Positions 37,111 to 51,118 of a stretch of DNA of 64,000 bases are shown piece by piece. The notes under the pieces were generated by a model. It did no database searches. It was given only the letters and a program-made list of their open reading frames with translations, and had not been told where the DNA came from. Positions within the stretch are counted from its first letter, which is position 1; the number at the start of each line of letters is the position of its first letter. Origin of the DNA: Octopus sinensis (taxonomy: Eukaryota); contig NC_042997.1 of assembly GCF_006345805.1 (NCBI RefSeq), positions 150,722,001-150,786,000 on the forward strand. The letters are read 5' to 3'. Made by a program: the position numbers and the translations under genes.

Positions 37111-39099
37111 GTCATGTATATACATCATCATCTTCATCCCCCTCCTCTACCTCATCCTACTTACAAGCCCTTTCTAGATTACTCAAAACAACTACAAACT
37201 GAATGCTAGTGCCGTCTATTTATTTTCTTTTTTCCCCGTATAATCACCAAATAACTTATTGGCTGAAAAGAGACTCCATACAACTCCATCACCAGTATTT
37301 AAATGGGATTGGTTTGTCATCAATTTTATTAGAAATTTAATTTGAGACGTAACTGTAACTATCATCTACGACAGAAGAGTATAAACAAGAGACAGACTAC
37401 CTGAGAGAGATACTTTAATATTTTAAGTGCGAGTTTTGAGGATGTGTCTTTTTGTTACTATGTGGCAATGTCACATTACCTGTCGTAAATTCATGGTCGG
37501 GACCGAAAATACAATCAATGATTTGTAGGGAGGCGGTAATTCGTTAAATCCATGACAGACTATAAAGTATATTGAACGTTTTTTAAATGTCAATAACAAA
37601 GATATTCAATAGAAATTTTTGGAAATTATACAGAAATCAGTATTGGCTATAATTTCTATCAAATATTTGTAGAGATAATCTTAACAAGCAAAAATATAAT
37701 ACAACAGTTCAGTATTAGAACCCATCATCTTTTGTGTGTTTGTCTGTGTAAGCCCTTGCCTTGCCATTACATTAAGTTTGTAAACGAACATAACAGCCGT
37801 ATAGGCCTTTATGTTCGTTGCAAAGGTGTGCAGCTGTAGAGAACCTACGACAACAAATTACTTGTGACATTACAGTGATGATGATGGGCAGGAGGGGGAG
37901 GAGGAGGAGGAGGAGGTAGAGGAGGAGGATGAAGATGATGAGGATAATGATGTTCTTTAAATGCATGGAATACAAGAACGCCAACTATTCAGGAAGTTTG
38001 CTTTGGCTTTATGATGCGCTGTTTACATCGTATTACACGTTGTCGTAGTCAATTTCTTTTCTTATTCAGGTAGAGCGACGTCTTCTCATTGCAATTAAAT
38101 TGACAGAATTTATTTTATTTAATGAGTAGGAATTTTATCAACTGAATGCACATCGTCGAAAACGACGGAGGATCTCGGATCATCACTTTTTAATGTAATA
38201 AGAGCTACATTGTCACATATGTCACATATATGTGTGAATTCATGTGCCTCCTTCTCTTCATACGTCAACAAGTTTTCGTTTCGCATAAAAGACTTTTTTT
38301 TTCTATTCTTTTGCTGAAATTTCAAATAACCAATGGAATGCGAAATATTATTGTCTCCATTTCAGTAGTTCTGCCATCAATCCAAAGAATAAAGAAGATA
38401 ATATATGAAAAAATATGCAAAAGTACTTAGAAAGCATAGAAATAAGGCACGAAGACAGGAGGCTGGGTTTTGAAACAATATTTCTTTTATATGATTATAT
38501 ATTAATTGATAATATCACTATCTGAGCAGCTGTTACCATCTAAAATAACTGCTACAACGCCATTAGCTTGCTTTGATAAAGTAAGATTCGATATGAAATC
38601 ATTCTGTTTCTACTCTTTTAATAAATAGCTTAGAGCGCTTTAATTCTCCTCTTCTCATCATACACACAGACACACACTCCGGTGGATTTTTGTTCATTTA
38701 TTAAAAGTGGTCTTTGTTGATGAAATCCTTTCAATAATCATGCAAGCGCAACTTTTGCTTTATTTTTGTTTCTTCAAGTGTTAGTACTTTTATAGAAATC
38801 TCCTCCCATTTCTCGAATGCATTCTATTCTATCCTCTTTTTTTTATTTCTTTCTCGTGCATTCTCTTGAATTCCAGTCTATCAATGCTCGCTCGTGGGTT
38901 AAATTATCTGGTGTTTCCTAGTAACACGATCAATGATAGCACTTCAGTTATATTCTTTTTGCAGAATACCAGCTGGATCGCAGATAACTAGGAAGGAAAA
39001 TTTCCTTGCTTGCTTTTCTCATTTGATTTGTTTTTGACGATGAATCGTTCTCGCGTATTAGATACAAAATTCCAATTTATTTTTCTCTTTATATGAATT

Positions 39100-39251
39100 T
39101 ATTCTTCTTCTTATTGTTGTTCTTGTTGTCGTCGTCATTGTTTTTGTTGTTGCTGTTATTCCTGTTGTAGTTATTGGTATTGTTTTTGGTATTCTTCTTC
39201 TTCTTCTTCTTCTTCTTCTTCTTCTTTTTCTTCTTCTTCTTCTTCTTCTTC

Positions 39252-39288
<37 letters not shown>

Positions 39289-39290
39289 GT
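39100..39290. repeat. (TTG)n/(TTC)n/(TTA)n trinucleotide array
   Basis: Direct reading. Confidence 0.9.
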
Positions 39291-41434
39291 TCTATTTTCA
39301 CCGCTATCAATGCTATAATCATTAATGCCACGCCTCTAATAGGAGATTGCCACAACCTGCACCATAACGACATTTACTTCCGATTCACATTCAGTATCAG
39401 AGCCTTAACTTAATTTTCGTTGTAGTCATCAAATCAAACAGCTCTTGAATGTCCTGGAAATGGTTGCACTTGCACGAAATGCATTCCAACATGTTTACAT
39501 ATTTTGTTTCTAATGATACCAGTGAATCATCGTTTCTTAAAGGTTTCGCTACACATTAGGCTCAATAATTACAAACACTACACTATATTTATTAAATAAT
39601 AAAATAAACTCCGAAAATAGTAAATTAATGTTATAAATAGCAAGATTCAATTAACTTTATTTACGAATTATGAGCTCTTTGGATTAATAGGCTATAAAAT
39701 GATAGATATTATGTTTTTTATGTAATTATTATTTTCAAAGTAAACACATTTTACGAAGATTAGTAATTATTTCTAAGGTAATGAAACAAGGGGGAGTATT
39801 TGTTTAATCGACACCCCAGCCGCACTCGAGTGATGCTTTTGTTATAGGCTTGAAAACTATTAAAGTCAAAGTCTAATGTGGAATATTTTGAAATCAGAAA
39901 TGCAAATGAACATAAAAACATGCCATAGATAATATCATTTTCCATCGGAACTATACTATCTAATTACGCCAAATTTATAAAGATGATTAATAGTATATCA
40001 TAGTGTGCACTTCACTAAAGACTTATAATCTAAGAAGGCATTTTAGCTTTTAAATTTAGAACCCAAACATTTTCTCAAACCGCAGGGTTCCGTTAATAAA
40101 ATTAAAATATATACATTGAATACTACTTACCTTGTCTTAAAAAATGTGAAACTATCACAGAAGGAATACTTTTGATTATTATTCTCCTGCATCAGTATTG
40201 ATTTTGCTGCTCATTCTGAGAGTCAGTCCATTTACCTCTAAATACTTAAAACATACGGTCATTATAATCTCATGTAAAAGATGACATCACTTAAAAAATG
40301 CGTTCTATTTCCTTGAAATGGCAAATTTAACATTATTTTAAAAATATATCTATCATAATGGAATGCATTGTGTATGTGTTCACAGCTGTTAGTTTGATAT
40401 TACCTAGCAGCTGTAGTTAGAATACCTACAGATATGCTGGCGGAACAAACGCGAAACCTTATTAATTTTAAATGAAAAGTTTGGAAGGTCTAGAGAGAGT
40501 TAACAGAGTTTCAACGACGAGAATGCGGCACAGGCGAATCCCAAAACACCCAAAACTACTTTATATGAACATCAATAGCAATAAATTGAATTGTATACGC
40601 AGGAAAAGATTATAGATTGCATTATGTTAACATATCATTAGCATCTTCAGAAATTAACTATTAAACCGAGCCAACGTGAAATACTATACTTGATTTCGCT
40701 AGATGCCACAAGTAAACACCCTACCTCCCCTAAATTATACTCTACATTCGCGAAAAACGCAGCAGGAACATATTGGAAATTTCATCTAAGATATATATAA
40801 GTATGAACACATGATGTAAGTTGCTTGATCATATCTCGCTTCTCTCTGTATTTATTTGAAGCAAAGCATTATATAAAACTACGAACTCAAACGACAAATT
40901 CTGATCATTTACAAACACAGGAAAGTCAAATCACCGCTTATTCATTTTCTATCAAAATAACATGCTTCATGATGATACAAATAATAGAGGTTGGTCCGTG
41001 GTCAGTCATTCAGTTACATATAGTTATCAACTCTTGCCGAAATTGCATCCTACCCACTTGAATGACATTAAATATTGTAATCGCAGATATTGTGCAGTGT
41101 GGGAAGAAAAAATTCGAGAGAACGGTCCTAACTCGGATGCTTTTGAACTTTTGATCATAAAATGACGTTAGTGGTGGTTTAAAGCCAAGCAGAATTAATG
41201 CGGTTGATTATAGTGCTACTCGAGCAATTGATCACTTCATTACTGACCGAAGGATAAAACCCATCAAAAACTATCAACAATTGAATCAGCAACTACATAT
41301 GTTTCATAAAACAGACGTTCATTTACAATGATAAATTTACACACCATATTTGCTGTCAAAATGCCATCATTCTTACGATAGTAATAATGGTTTCAAATTT
41401 TGCCACAAAGACAGTAGTTTTAAGGATGGCATGA

Positions 41435-41602
41435 GTCGATTACATCGACCCCCGTGTCCAACTGGGACTTATTTTATGGACCTCCAAAAGGATCAATGAC
41501 AAAGATGACCCTGGCGGAATTTGAACTCAGAACGTAGCGACAGGCGAAATGCGCTAAAATTTCGTCTAACGCGCTAACGATACTCCCAGCTTGCCGCCTT
41601 AA
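41435..41602 (-). mobile_element. SINE family A copy
   Basis: GTCGATTACATCGACCCC..GGCGGAATTTGAACTCAGAACGTAGC..CCAGCTTGCCGCCTTAA. Confidence 0.8.
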
Positions 41603-41876
41603 ATGATACGCATAATAACATTGAGACGTTATATGAACATCCATTCTCTAATATGAAATAATTTCTCAATATACTCAATGCCTGCCTTTTCAATCAATAA
41701 GTTCACATATTTGGCATTTCGATAGATTATTTAAATTCATGATGTTAGCTGTCTTTTATAGTATTCTAAACTATTGCATTTCAAATTTCCGTTTAAATAA
41801 AAACAATACTTACGTCTGAATGCGCGCATACGCATGCACACACTCACACAGACATATATGTATATATATATAAATA

Positions 41877-41952
<76 letters not shown>

Positions 41953-42554
41953 CATGTATATGCATATATATGCATATTTATATGTACATATATATATATA
42001 TGTCTGTGTGTCTGTGTGTCTGCGTGTATGTGAGTGCGAGTGCATATGTGTGTGTTTGTCTGTGTGTAGAGAAAGAGAAAGATTAAATAATCGATTCATT
42101 CTTTCATTCAATGATGTGTATGTGTGTATACGAATACATGTTTGATAAGGAGTGCGAAAGAGTAATAGAGGTGGGAGAGAAAAAAGAGGAGAGTGAGTAC
42201 ACATAAGTATGAATGTGTTATTTTCATATAATATGTGTCTATACTACCGTGTTCATCCCTCGAGCGATACTGACAGCTTCAATGGTGAATTATTTTTTTC
42301 TATGTTACTTTGTATCTTAAATTTGGGTCAAGTTTTTCAAAATGTGGTCAGGTTTGAAATGTTTATATCTGTGAAGAGCGAAATATTGATTAAAATAACT
42401 TTACATATATACTCTGCACCCAAATAAACACCATACGCATGTGTATATAAATATTTGTGAACTTATACGTTTATATGTTGTACGTATAGATTTTCGCTTT
42501 CAAAGAAAGTTAACATATATTTCCGTGAGCATACGTACGTCTTTGCACATGTGT

Positions 42555-42559
42555 ATGCA

Positions 42560-42634
<75 letters not shown>

Positions 42635-42660
42635 TATATATATATAAATATATATATATA

Positions 42661-42700
<40 letters not shown>

Positions 42701-42724
42701 TATATAAATAAATATGTATATATA

Positions 42725-42781
<57 letters not shown>

Positions 42782-42791
42782 AGATAGATAG

Positions 42792-42873
<82 letters not shown>

Positions 42874-42875
42874 GA
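42555..42875. repeat. (TA)n(TAGA)n(GA)n compound array
   Basis: Direct reading. Confidence 0.95.
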
Positions 42876-42904
42876 CATATTTACATTTACACAAGGCACA
42901 TTTA

Positions 42905-43090
42905 TATAGATAAGAAAATAACTCATGAATTTGTTAGTGAAATCCAGGCCATGATTGACAATGATCTCTCCAAGTCAATCAGGTCCACCGCCTGGGACAG
43001 GGGAGTCTCTGATATTCTTATCAGGTACGTACAGCATGAAGTCATTCGGTATTCCTCCTACAAGATAAGAAAGGGCAAATTTTTTCACTC
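42905..43090 (+). mobile_element. maT/DD37D-type transposase N-terminal remnant
   Basis: [55 protein letters not shown] resembles the HTH region of maT transposases. Confidence 0.7.
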
Positions 43091-43121
43091 GCTATATATG
43101 TATACAGATGTATTTATATGA

Positions 43122-43172
<51 letters not shown>

Positions 43173-43917
43173 AGTATGTGTGTGTGTGTGTGTACAACAA
43201 GAATTAATATTAGTTTCTTTTTTGTAGAAACTAAAGTGGTTATAGGATTGGATAGGAAGTGCTCAGATATGAATTGGACGAAGATAAAGCAGCATTGGTT
43301 ATAGAACAAGCATTCAATTTAGGTCAACGACTTTACATACAACAACACCCCTCTAAGATTTAGTCATATATAAAATTGCCATGGTTTCAAACACATAAAA
43401 TATAATACATATATATAAAATCACAGAAGATAAAAATATATAATCGAATAATATACAAATAGAACGATCTATCAAAAAGTTTATATATGACTAAAAGTTC
43501 ATAAACAACCAAAATACCTAATAGACAAATATTAAATAAATAAAGATAGAAATAAAATGAAATATATGTCGACCGACTAAACAGTTTTATCAGACGATTA
43601 ATTTTTTTTTTAATTTTTAGAAAAATATTTGAAAAAAGTCTTATAATTCCCTCACACAAGTGCATCAAGAGTTCATCATTAAACAGACTTCCACCGGTCA
43701 AATTTACATACATCTTGAAAACAGTATTTTGCTCCCCTCCCACAAGTGCATCTAAAAGTTCATGATAAACAGACTCCACACGTCAAATTGAACATTCACA
43801 TATATCTATGGCCATTTCGGGAGCTCACCACCGCAGATCATTTACACTAAATGAGGACCTCCTCATCAGGATAAACCAGAAACAAGACACACGAACAGAT
43901 CACAACTTTTTTATGAA

Positions 43918-44660
43918 CATATTTCTTTATTGCGCACTAGGGGCCAACGAAGAGGGGACATTACACGGGCATGTGGGGACATTAAAGCATAAAAAAACAA
44001 AACAAGAAGTTGTGATAAAATGCATGACGATGATAATGATAAACGGAAAAGAGCTACTTGCACCCCACTCCAGGTAGTGTCACTTGCTTCTTTAAATTCC
44101 TTCGTTCAACGGCATGCCAATGCCGTATTTTTTAGTTAGTTCATCACATCGTACATTTTCTGGTATCTCTTCCATATTGCAGTCAATTCTCCAGCATGAG
44201 TAACCACCTTTGTATTCGCATATTTTCTTCAATCTACTCTTAGGCGCCGCAAAACAGTTCTGCCATGATTTTCCTTCTGAGTTCAAGGGGTTTTGTCCTT
44301 CCTCTTTGCCATTTTACTTAACAAGTCTGCATCAACTTCCCCAGACATTATAACTAAATAAAAACTGGGAGGGGGGTTTGTGATTTCGTGTGTGTCTGCA
44401 CTTCTTTTTTCTTCTTATTTTTTGTCGAGAGGGAATGGGTGTTTGGTGTCTGCAGCGGGGAGGGTTGAGGTGAGAGAGTATGGGTGGGATAATTGTAGGT
44501 TGGGGTTCCTGTTCATCTTCACTTCTTTTTTCCCTCTTTCTCTGCTTCCCCACCTTCCTGGACTTTCTTTCGTCATACATTTGTTGTACTATTTACTACT
44601 TATTTTACTTTCATTGTTACTGCCGTTGACTAATCATAGGTCAGTCCTAAACAACAAGAT
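43918..44660 (-). mobile_element. Internally deleted non-LTR element (possibly Tx1/L1-like): decayed coding-like 5' part plus 3' tail with AATAAA
   Basis: The minus strand ends TGTAATGTCCCCTCTTCGTTGGCCCCTAGTGCGCAATAAAGAAAT. A broken upstream frame reads MSGEVDADLLSKMAKRK..RTVLRRLRVD..VTHAGELTAIW. The clade call is from recall only. Confidence 0.35.
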
Positions 44661-45944
44661 GTAGGATCGCACAAATTCTAAATACGACGTTCCGTTCTTG
44701 TTGATTATCGCATCTGATATTTAGATCGGACTCTATATTTTATTGTCTATAATTTTCTATTACATTTTAGCAAGTCTTATATTGCTTGAGGGAAGTTTGG
44801 TTGCTACTTCTAATATTTGCACAGGTTCGTTTTATCAGGGGTCAGTTAGTCGACCGTATATGCCAATTTCAAATGTCATAGGCAACGTAAATAATCACTA
44901 TATGCAATAATATCTGCTATTCTATCTAGTAAATGAAACACTAACTCAAGGCGACTAATTAATCAAATCTCTACCGATATTGAGGATGAATATTGAACCA
45001 ATACTTAAAATTACCCACGTCTTAGGCGGTGACAACTCCAAATCTGAAATAATCAAATATGCTAAAGATTGAATACAAAAATATAATTAACAATTCAGCA
45101 AATTAACATTCAAACTTGAAGTGAAGATTTATCTCCTGTTTGATAGATAACGAGACTACGTAAGTTATGTTTCGATGTTCTTCAATAAACGAAAATCAGT
45201 TTCCTCAACCTTCCAGATCGATAATGAAGTATTAGAGATGAAAGTATAAAGAACGTACTGGGAAACTGAATCACCAGTTAATGCACAATAAGTTGTTCTG
45301 ATATTTTATGCTCAGGAAAGTGAACTATAACTCGACTGAAATTTATGCACTGATACTAATTAATATAACCACATAATTTTACTTTTGATCCACTATCAAG
45401 TTCTCTTCTGCTTAAAACAACAAAATTATTACACAAAAGATGTACTGCATAAAAGTAAACATAGACTCTGATAACAGCACGTGCGAATTGAAGTCAATAT
45501 AATTCTAGGGAAAATTTAGTTTCTTTCAACAATGTTGATGGAGCCAGAACATGCTTATTCGGTAAACTAAACACAGCTGAGGGATCCTTACAAACCATAC
45601 CACTTTAAATAAATAAATAAATATATATATATATATATATACTAAGCGCATTGTAGTAATTGATATACAAACAGATAGTAAATTTATGTTAGTTTAAGCG
45701 GTGTTCACCCGGTATTGATGAAGAAAATTCATGAAAAGTACAAGAAGAGGCTTGAAATAGCAGCCATATATATCTCTCAAATCGCACCATATTTTATTTA
45801 AGAAATTGTTGAGAATACCGCAGGTTGACCGATATTACCACTGAGTAAAATACCAAGTGATGATTCTGAGCTGAAGGATTCCAATGACGGTTTAAATTAA
45901 AAAAGAAAACTTGCATGTGATACTAAGTTCGTTCAGATATCCTT

Positions 45945-46720
45945 TTGAATGCGACCCAACATGTATTCTTTGGTCTCCCTCTCTGTTTTCGTCCTGTTGG
46001 TGGTAACACTAGCATAGCTGTGAAGGTTACTCAACTTTTTGTCAGTCGGAAAATATGTCCCGCAAGTCTCACATTTCTATTCGTCACAATCTCCTGTAGG
46101 TCACATTGAGTATTCATTATAGACACCATTGACGGTGGAATGCATTCAAGCTCTTAGCGATCTCGGCATTCATTTTAACAATATTTTCCTAAATAGACTG
46201 CTTTTGGTAGAACAAAGCTCTGTGTACAACAGAATCTTCATATAGTTACTGTTGGAAGCCCTGGCCATTAAACACTGTTGTTGCACGCCATCAGGCGTGC
46301 AACAACAGTGTTTAGTGGCCAGGGCCGGAGTCGTCATTTACGTCAATGCCTTTCTCTGAAGCAACGATGCTAACCAGGTTGGTGAAGATTTTAATATCTT
46401 CAATTTGTTTTGATTCATAAGAATTTATATTTTTCCTTGCCCTTGGGCCGGCATCAGCTTGGTTTTCTTGGAACTCATTCTAAAGTCTGCCTCTGCCCGA
46501 AGCTCAACATTATTGACACCACTGTGTTCCGGCAGTGCTGTTTATGGCTCCCCGCATGATACTCTTGCAGATCAAGTGTTGAAAATTTCTCTCTGCCGCT
46601 TTCAGTTCCCGCACAACCGTTTCAGAAGGTAATACTATCATGTCTTCATTAGATCGTTGTACTGCCAAAGATTGCGGAGCCGTGTTTAGCATTCCAACAA
46701 CCATTGTTCATTAGCTTGTA
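45945..46720 (-). mobile_element. RTE-clade LINE RT remnant
   Basis: FRMSSKKTKLM, KQIEDIKIFTNLVSIVASEKGID, LNAFHRQWCL and RLAGHIFRL..PPTGRKQRGRPK match RTE RT domains 6-7 and the thumb. Confidence 0.7.
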
Positions 46721-46959
46721 AAAACAATTACTTTTGGTAGTGGACACGTATGAACGCGTCAAAGTTAGATAGACAGACAGATAGATATATAACGCATAAA
46801 ACAGATACACGCATACACACTAGAAAAAGATTATATTGTTGACTAATGAAACTGGTCCTTACTTAAGGTGCAACTTTCGGCATTAGTTTTCAACGCATTT
46901 ACAACTCTGCTATCTCTCCTTTTGTGAGGAAATGCTGCTGATAACACACACTACGGAAG

Positions 46960-46990
<31 letters not shown>

Positions 46991-47094
46991 GCTAACACAC
47001 ACATGCGCACACAAACAAACACACACTCACGCAACATACACATACATGTGTATAAATTCGAAAATGCAATATTTTTCATAAGAAATTTAAACTA

Positions 47095-47750
47095 CCCGTT
47101 ATTGGGGTTTCAAATGCAAAGTGTCTGAACGTTACGGCCCTTTTCTTTGAGCAATTTAAAAACAATAGATTCTGACTTGGCTGTAGAATAACGTATTATT
47201 TCCAACAAAGCTCTGGTACTTGCAGACAATGCACCAATCGAATCATTGAACACAAATAATATTTCTAAAAATTTGATACATTGCCAAGAATAAAACTTTG
47301 GTACAGAAAATGGAACAAGTAAAGTTATAATAGATAAATTGAAGACCTATCATCTAAGATTATTGAAACAACCAAGAAAATTACTTCATGAGAAATACAA
47401 GCCTATGATTAGAGACTTCTGCAAAACATTGAATGCTATTTATGTACCCAGTAGATATATTTAGTGAGTCGCAGAATAAACCGAAACCCTAGTTATGAGT
47501 ACTGTTGCCAATATATAAGGTCAGCCTATGCAGTTCTGTTTAAAGGTTTACCAAGAGAACGTCAGCATTAAGCCACCAAGTATCTATGATTTCTAGAACT
47601 CGTAGAAAGAACTATACTTAAGTTCATACTTAAGTATAGCTTCATACAGTAACTTAACCTGCGTAAAAGCTGTGTTGCTCTGAAGAGCAAAAATCTGATA
47701 CAAAAACTCCAATCATTACATTTTATTTGCCCGGAAATAGCACGGTTAAA
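47095..47750 (+). mobile_element. pogo/Tigger-like DDE_1 transposase remnant
   Basis: LPVIGVSNAK resembles LPV.W.SN.KAW; KALVLADNAP resembles K.LL.LDNAP; VIIDKLKTYHLR resembles GVI..FK.YYLR. Confidence 0.5.
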
Positions 47751-50029
47751 TATATGGCATATGTATAAAAATATCTACAAACTTCCTCACATTTTTAAGA
47801 AACGTTTATGAAATCAAATGCTACACAGAACTGTTCAAAGCGATGACGTATATTAAATGTCAGTTAGGGATAAATTATTCGACTGCTGCTGAGAATCTGT
47901 AGTGCAAAAGATAGTACACGTCTTACTACATATAACTCCCATAGCTATCTCATGTTAGTAAATATTATGTGTGTTGAGATATGAACTGTGATATATACTA
48001 CGGCATTCGTGTTTAATCTCACACAATTCTCTTGAAAAGTTTGTTTGCAAAGAGAATGCTGCAGTGTATCAAAAATGGCCTGTCTTCATGAATTAAAGTG
48101 ACTATAGTACTTTTATTTGGGGGCAATTTCGCCCGAAAATATTTCACTTTATACCATTGATACACTTCTTACCCGTTATTCTATACCATGTTACGACTAA
48201 ATTTCCAGGGAAAATAAAATTTTATATATCTGCGGATAACTATGAAGTACTACAATTGTATAAATTAAGACACTCTATTTTCAGAATTATTAAGTCATGA
48301 ACACAATGTATGAATACATAAATATTTACAAATAAGGACAGACACATTCACACGCCCTCACTTATACACACACTCATACAGAAACACTTGGAAATACAGA
48401 CACACACTTACAGACAGATGTGTGTATGTGTTTGTGAGTGTGTAGGTGTGTGCGCGTGTGTTTTTGTATATTTTCAAATTATCACTACATTTATTTTTTT
48501 AATTGAAACTCACACACGGAAAGACCCACCAAGTAAAATATGTAGATAACCGATTTACGATCTTCTTTAATAGTTTTAGAATAGACAAGGCGATTAAAGA
48601 GCAAATACAAAATGTTGTCTTTGGTGACAAACAGTAGGACAAAAACAAAAATATAACCATAACTAAGATTTTATAAATATTCTTTCAAAAAATAGTCAGA
48701 TAAAAGCAAACCAAAAACATCATGAAATACTCCATAATGTTTATGGAAGAAAATTATTTGACGCCATCGCTGAAAGTATACTTTATGAAAATCTTGTCGA
48801 ATGAATGAATGAATCGGGATGACACAAGAACACTAAAGATACCAGCCATTTTAAATAAAAGCGTCATCGTTATTTTCTTGAAGAGATGGAGCAATAAAAT
48901 TAGAAAAACAAAGCAGACAAATATTTAAAGTACTTTTATTGAAAGAAATAAAAATAGGAAATACTCTAACTAAACAATACTTGTGGGCAAAAATCTCAAG
49001 AGATTTCGACTTCCGAATCCTGTGTATAATGGAAGATGTTATTAGCAATAACCAGAAATACCAATATACTTGTTTCAACAACCTAAAGGAAACATTGCAA
49101 ATAGCAATCTAACGGAAACCACCACATTTAATATATGCCAAAGCACGAGTGGTAACGACCATAGTACAATGTAAACGATTCAAGAATACGGGGAACAACA
49201 AAGGTAAAGAAGACAAATAAGATGAATGGAAATACACACATAAAAAATAAATAAAACAAATATACTACTCAAAGTAAAAGAGAAAGAAAATATAAAGCAA
49301 GACATTCGAATGAATATAGAAGCAGAAGAAAAGAAAAACATACACGAAAAGCAAAGCATAGTCAGCTATAAAAACGATAGAGTGAGGGAGAGAAAGAATA
49401 CTAAACTATGCAGCAAAGAGATGAAATGAAATAACAAATAAAAGTATATTGGCAAAATGTTATAAAGAACATTCGTTCTGGGTGTGGACGATGGCACAGA
49501 CTATAAAAGTGGGAAAATAGTACCAAAGTCTAAGATATCTACAAACAAAATTAAGAATAGAATATAAATTTGCAGAAGCGGACAGAGAAATCCGAAGATA
49601 TACAGAAACTTTGCAAACCATGTTAAATAAAACATTAGTTCTAGTTGAGAAGGAGAAACGCATCTGAATTTAAAATTCCACCGAGGAAAGCATTAAATCA
49701 GTAAATAAGTAGAAAGCTGCAGTGTTGGATCAGATCTTGCGAATATCTACTAAAACAGTATGCTTTGTTGCATAGCATGAATTTCATCCAAATATTGGGC
49801 CTCGATAAAAAGATTACGTGGAATATGGCTATTAAAGGCAGGAAAACAATTCGTAGTTTCAAATACTTAGTACATGCATAATGTTAAACATTTCAGCGCA
49901 TAAACATACGTTCATGCACAAAGACACAAACAAACGCACAGGAATACATACATATATTTGTAAGGCAAATCCTATGAATGTTGCTCGGAAATGATTAGAA
50001 AAAACAAAAACATATATACTTAGAGTTCT

Positions 50030-50128
50030 ATGGATACATGTGTGTGTGTGTGTGCGCGCACGCTGTGTATAGAGAGATAGACAGATAGATAAATAAATAG
50101 AGACAGACAGACAGACAGAAATACAGAT

Positions 50129-50159
<31 letters not shown>

Positions 50160-50185
50160 TAGATAGATAGATAGATAGATAGATT

Positions 50186-50278
<93 letters not shown>

Positions 50279-50420
50279 GCAAACAGACAGACGGATGGAC
50301 TGACGGACGGACGGAAGAGCTGATGGATGGATGGATGGATGGATGGATGGATGGGTGGATGGATGGATGGATGGATGGATGGATAGATGGATAGATAGAT
50401 AGATAGATAGATAGACTGAC
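50030..50420. repeat. (TG)n,(CAGA)n,(TAGA)n,(TGGA)n compound array
   Basis: Direct reading. Confidence 0.95.
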
Positions 50421-50714
50421 AGATTGTTTGCTAAGACTTCTTAAAGACCATTTGTTACGTAAACAGTGTATGTTTTTCAGAGAGCACAATTTAGCTTCGG
50501 TATTGAGGAAAATGAATAACTGGTCCTTAATGAAAGGCTAAAAGTCACAGAAACGAATTTGATTGTTCAAGTTTTTAGGTCGTTGACAGAAAGAACATGG
50601 GGTTTAACACGAGAATCTACTTTCAGAGCGAGGCAACATACGTCTGTGTGTATCAGAAAGAACATTCACGTCCTTCACAACTTTTTCTTGTTCACTCTAT
50701 CTTTCTCTCCCACG

Positions 50715-50765
<51 letters not shown>

Positions 50766-50944
50766 CCTCTATCCAACGACTTTTGTATATATAGGTGCGC
50801 ATATATATATACATGGATGAATAAATTATCCTTTGTTTCAGTTAACACGGAAAATTCAATAAAGAGTTAACATGTATATATATATCTATACACGAACACA
50901 TTTACATACATACTTGCACACACTGCATACACACATGTATATAT

Positions 50945-51110
50945 AGGCGCAAGAGTGGGTGTGTGGTAAGTAGCTTGCTAACCAACCACATGGTTCCGGG
51001 TTCAGACCCACTGCGTGGCATCTTGGGCAAGTGTCTTTTGCTATAGCCCCGGGCCGACCAATGTCTTGTGAGTGCATTTGGCAGACGGAAACTGAAAGAC
51101 GGCTGTCCTA
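50945..51110 (+). mobile_element. SINE family B, head and first half
   Basis: GGCGCAAGAGTGGGTGTGTGGTAAGTAGCTTGCTAACCAACCACATGGTTCCGGGTTCAGACCCACTGCGTGGC; the copy ends at its (TA)n. Confidence 0.85.
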
Positions 51111-51118
51111 TATATATA

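Noticed and set aside
43655-43800. Imperfect ~86-bp tandem pair with a 130-aa minus ORF, considered as a C2H2 zinc-finger relic
   Set aside because: No C-x2-C/H-x3-H spacing in any frame I read.
43840-43875. Minus-strand CTGATGAGGAGGTCCTC hairpin
   Set aside because: Not followed by GAAA or a helix III.
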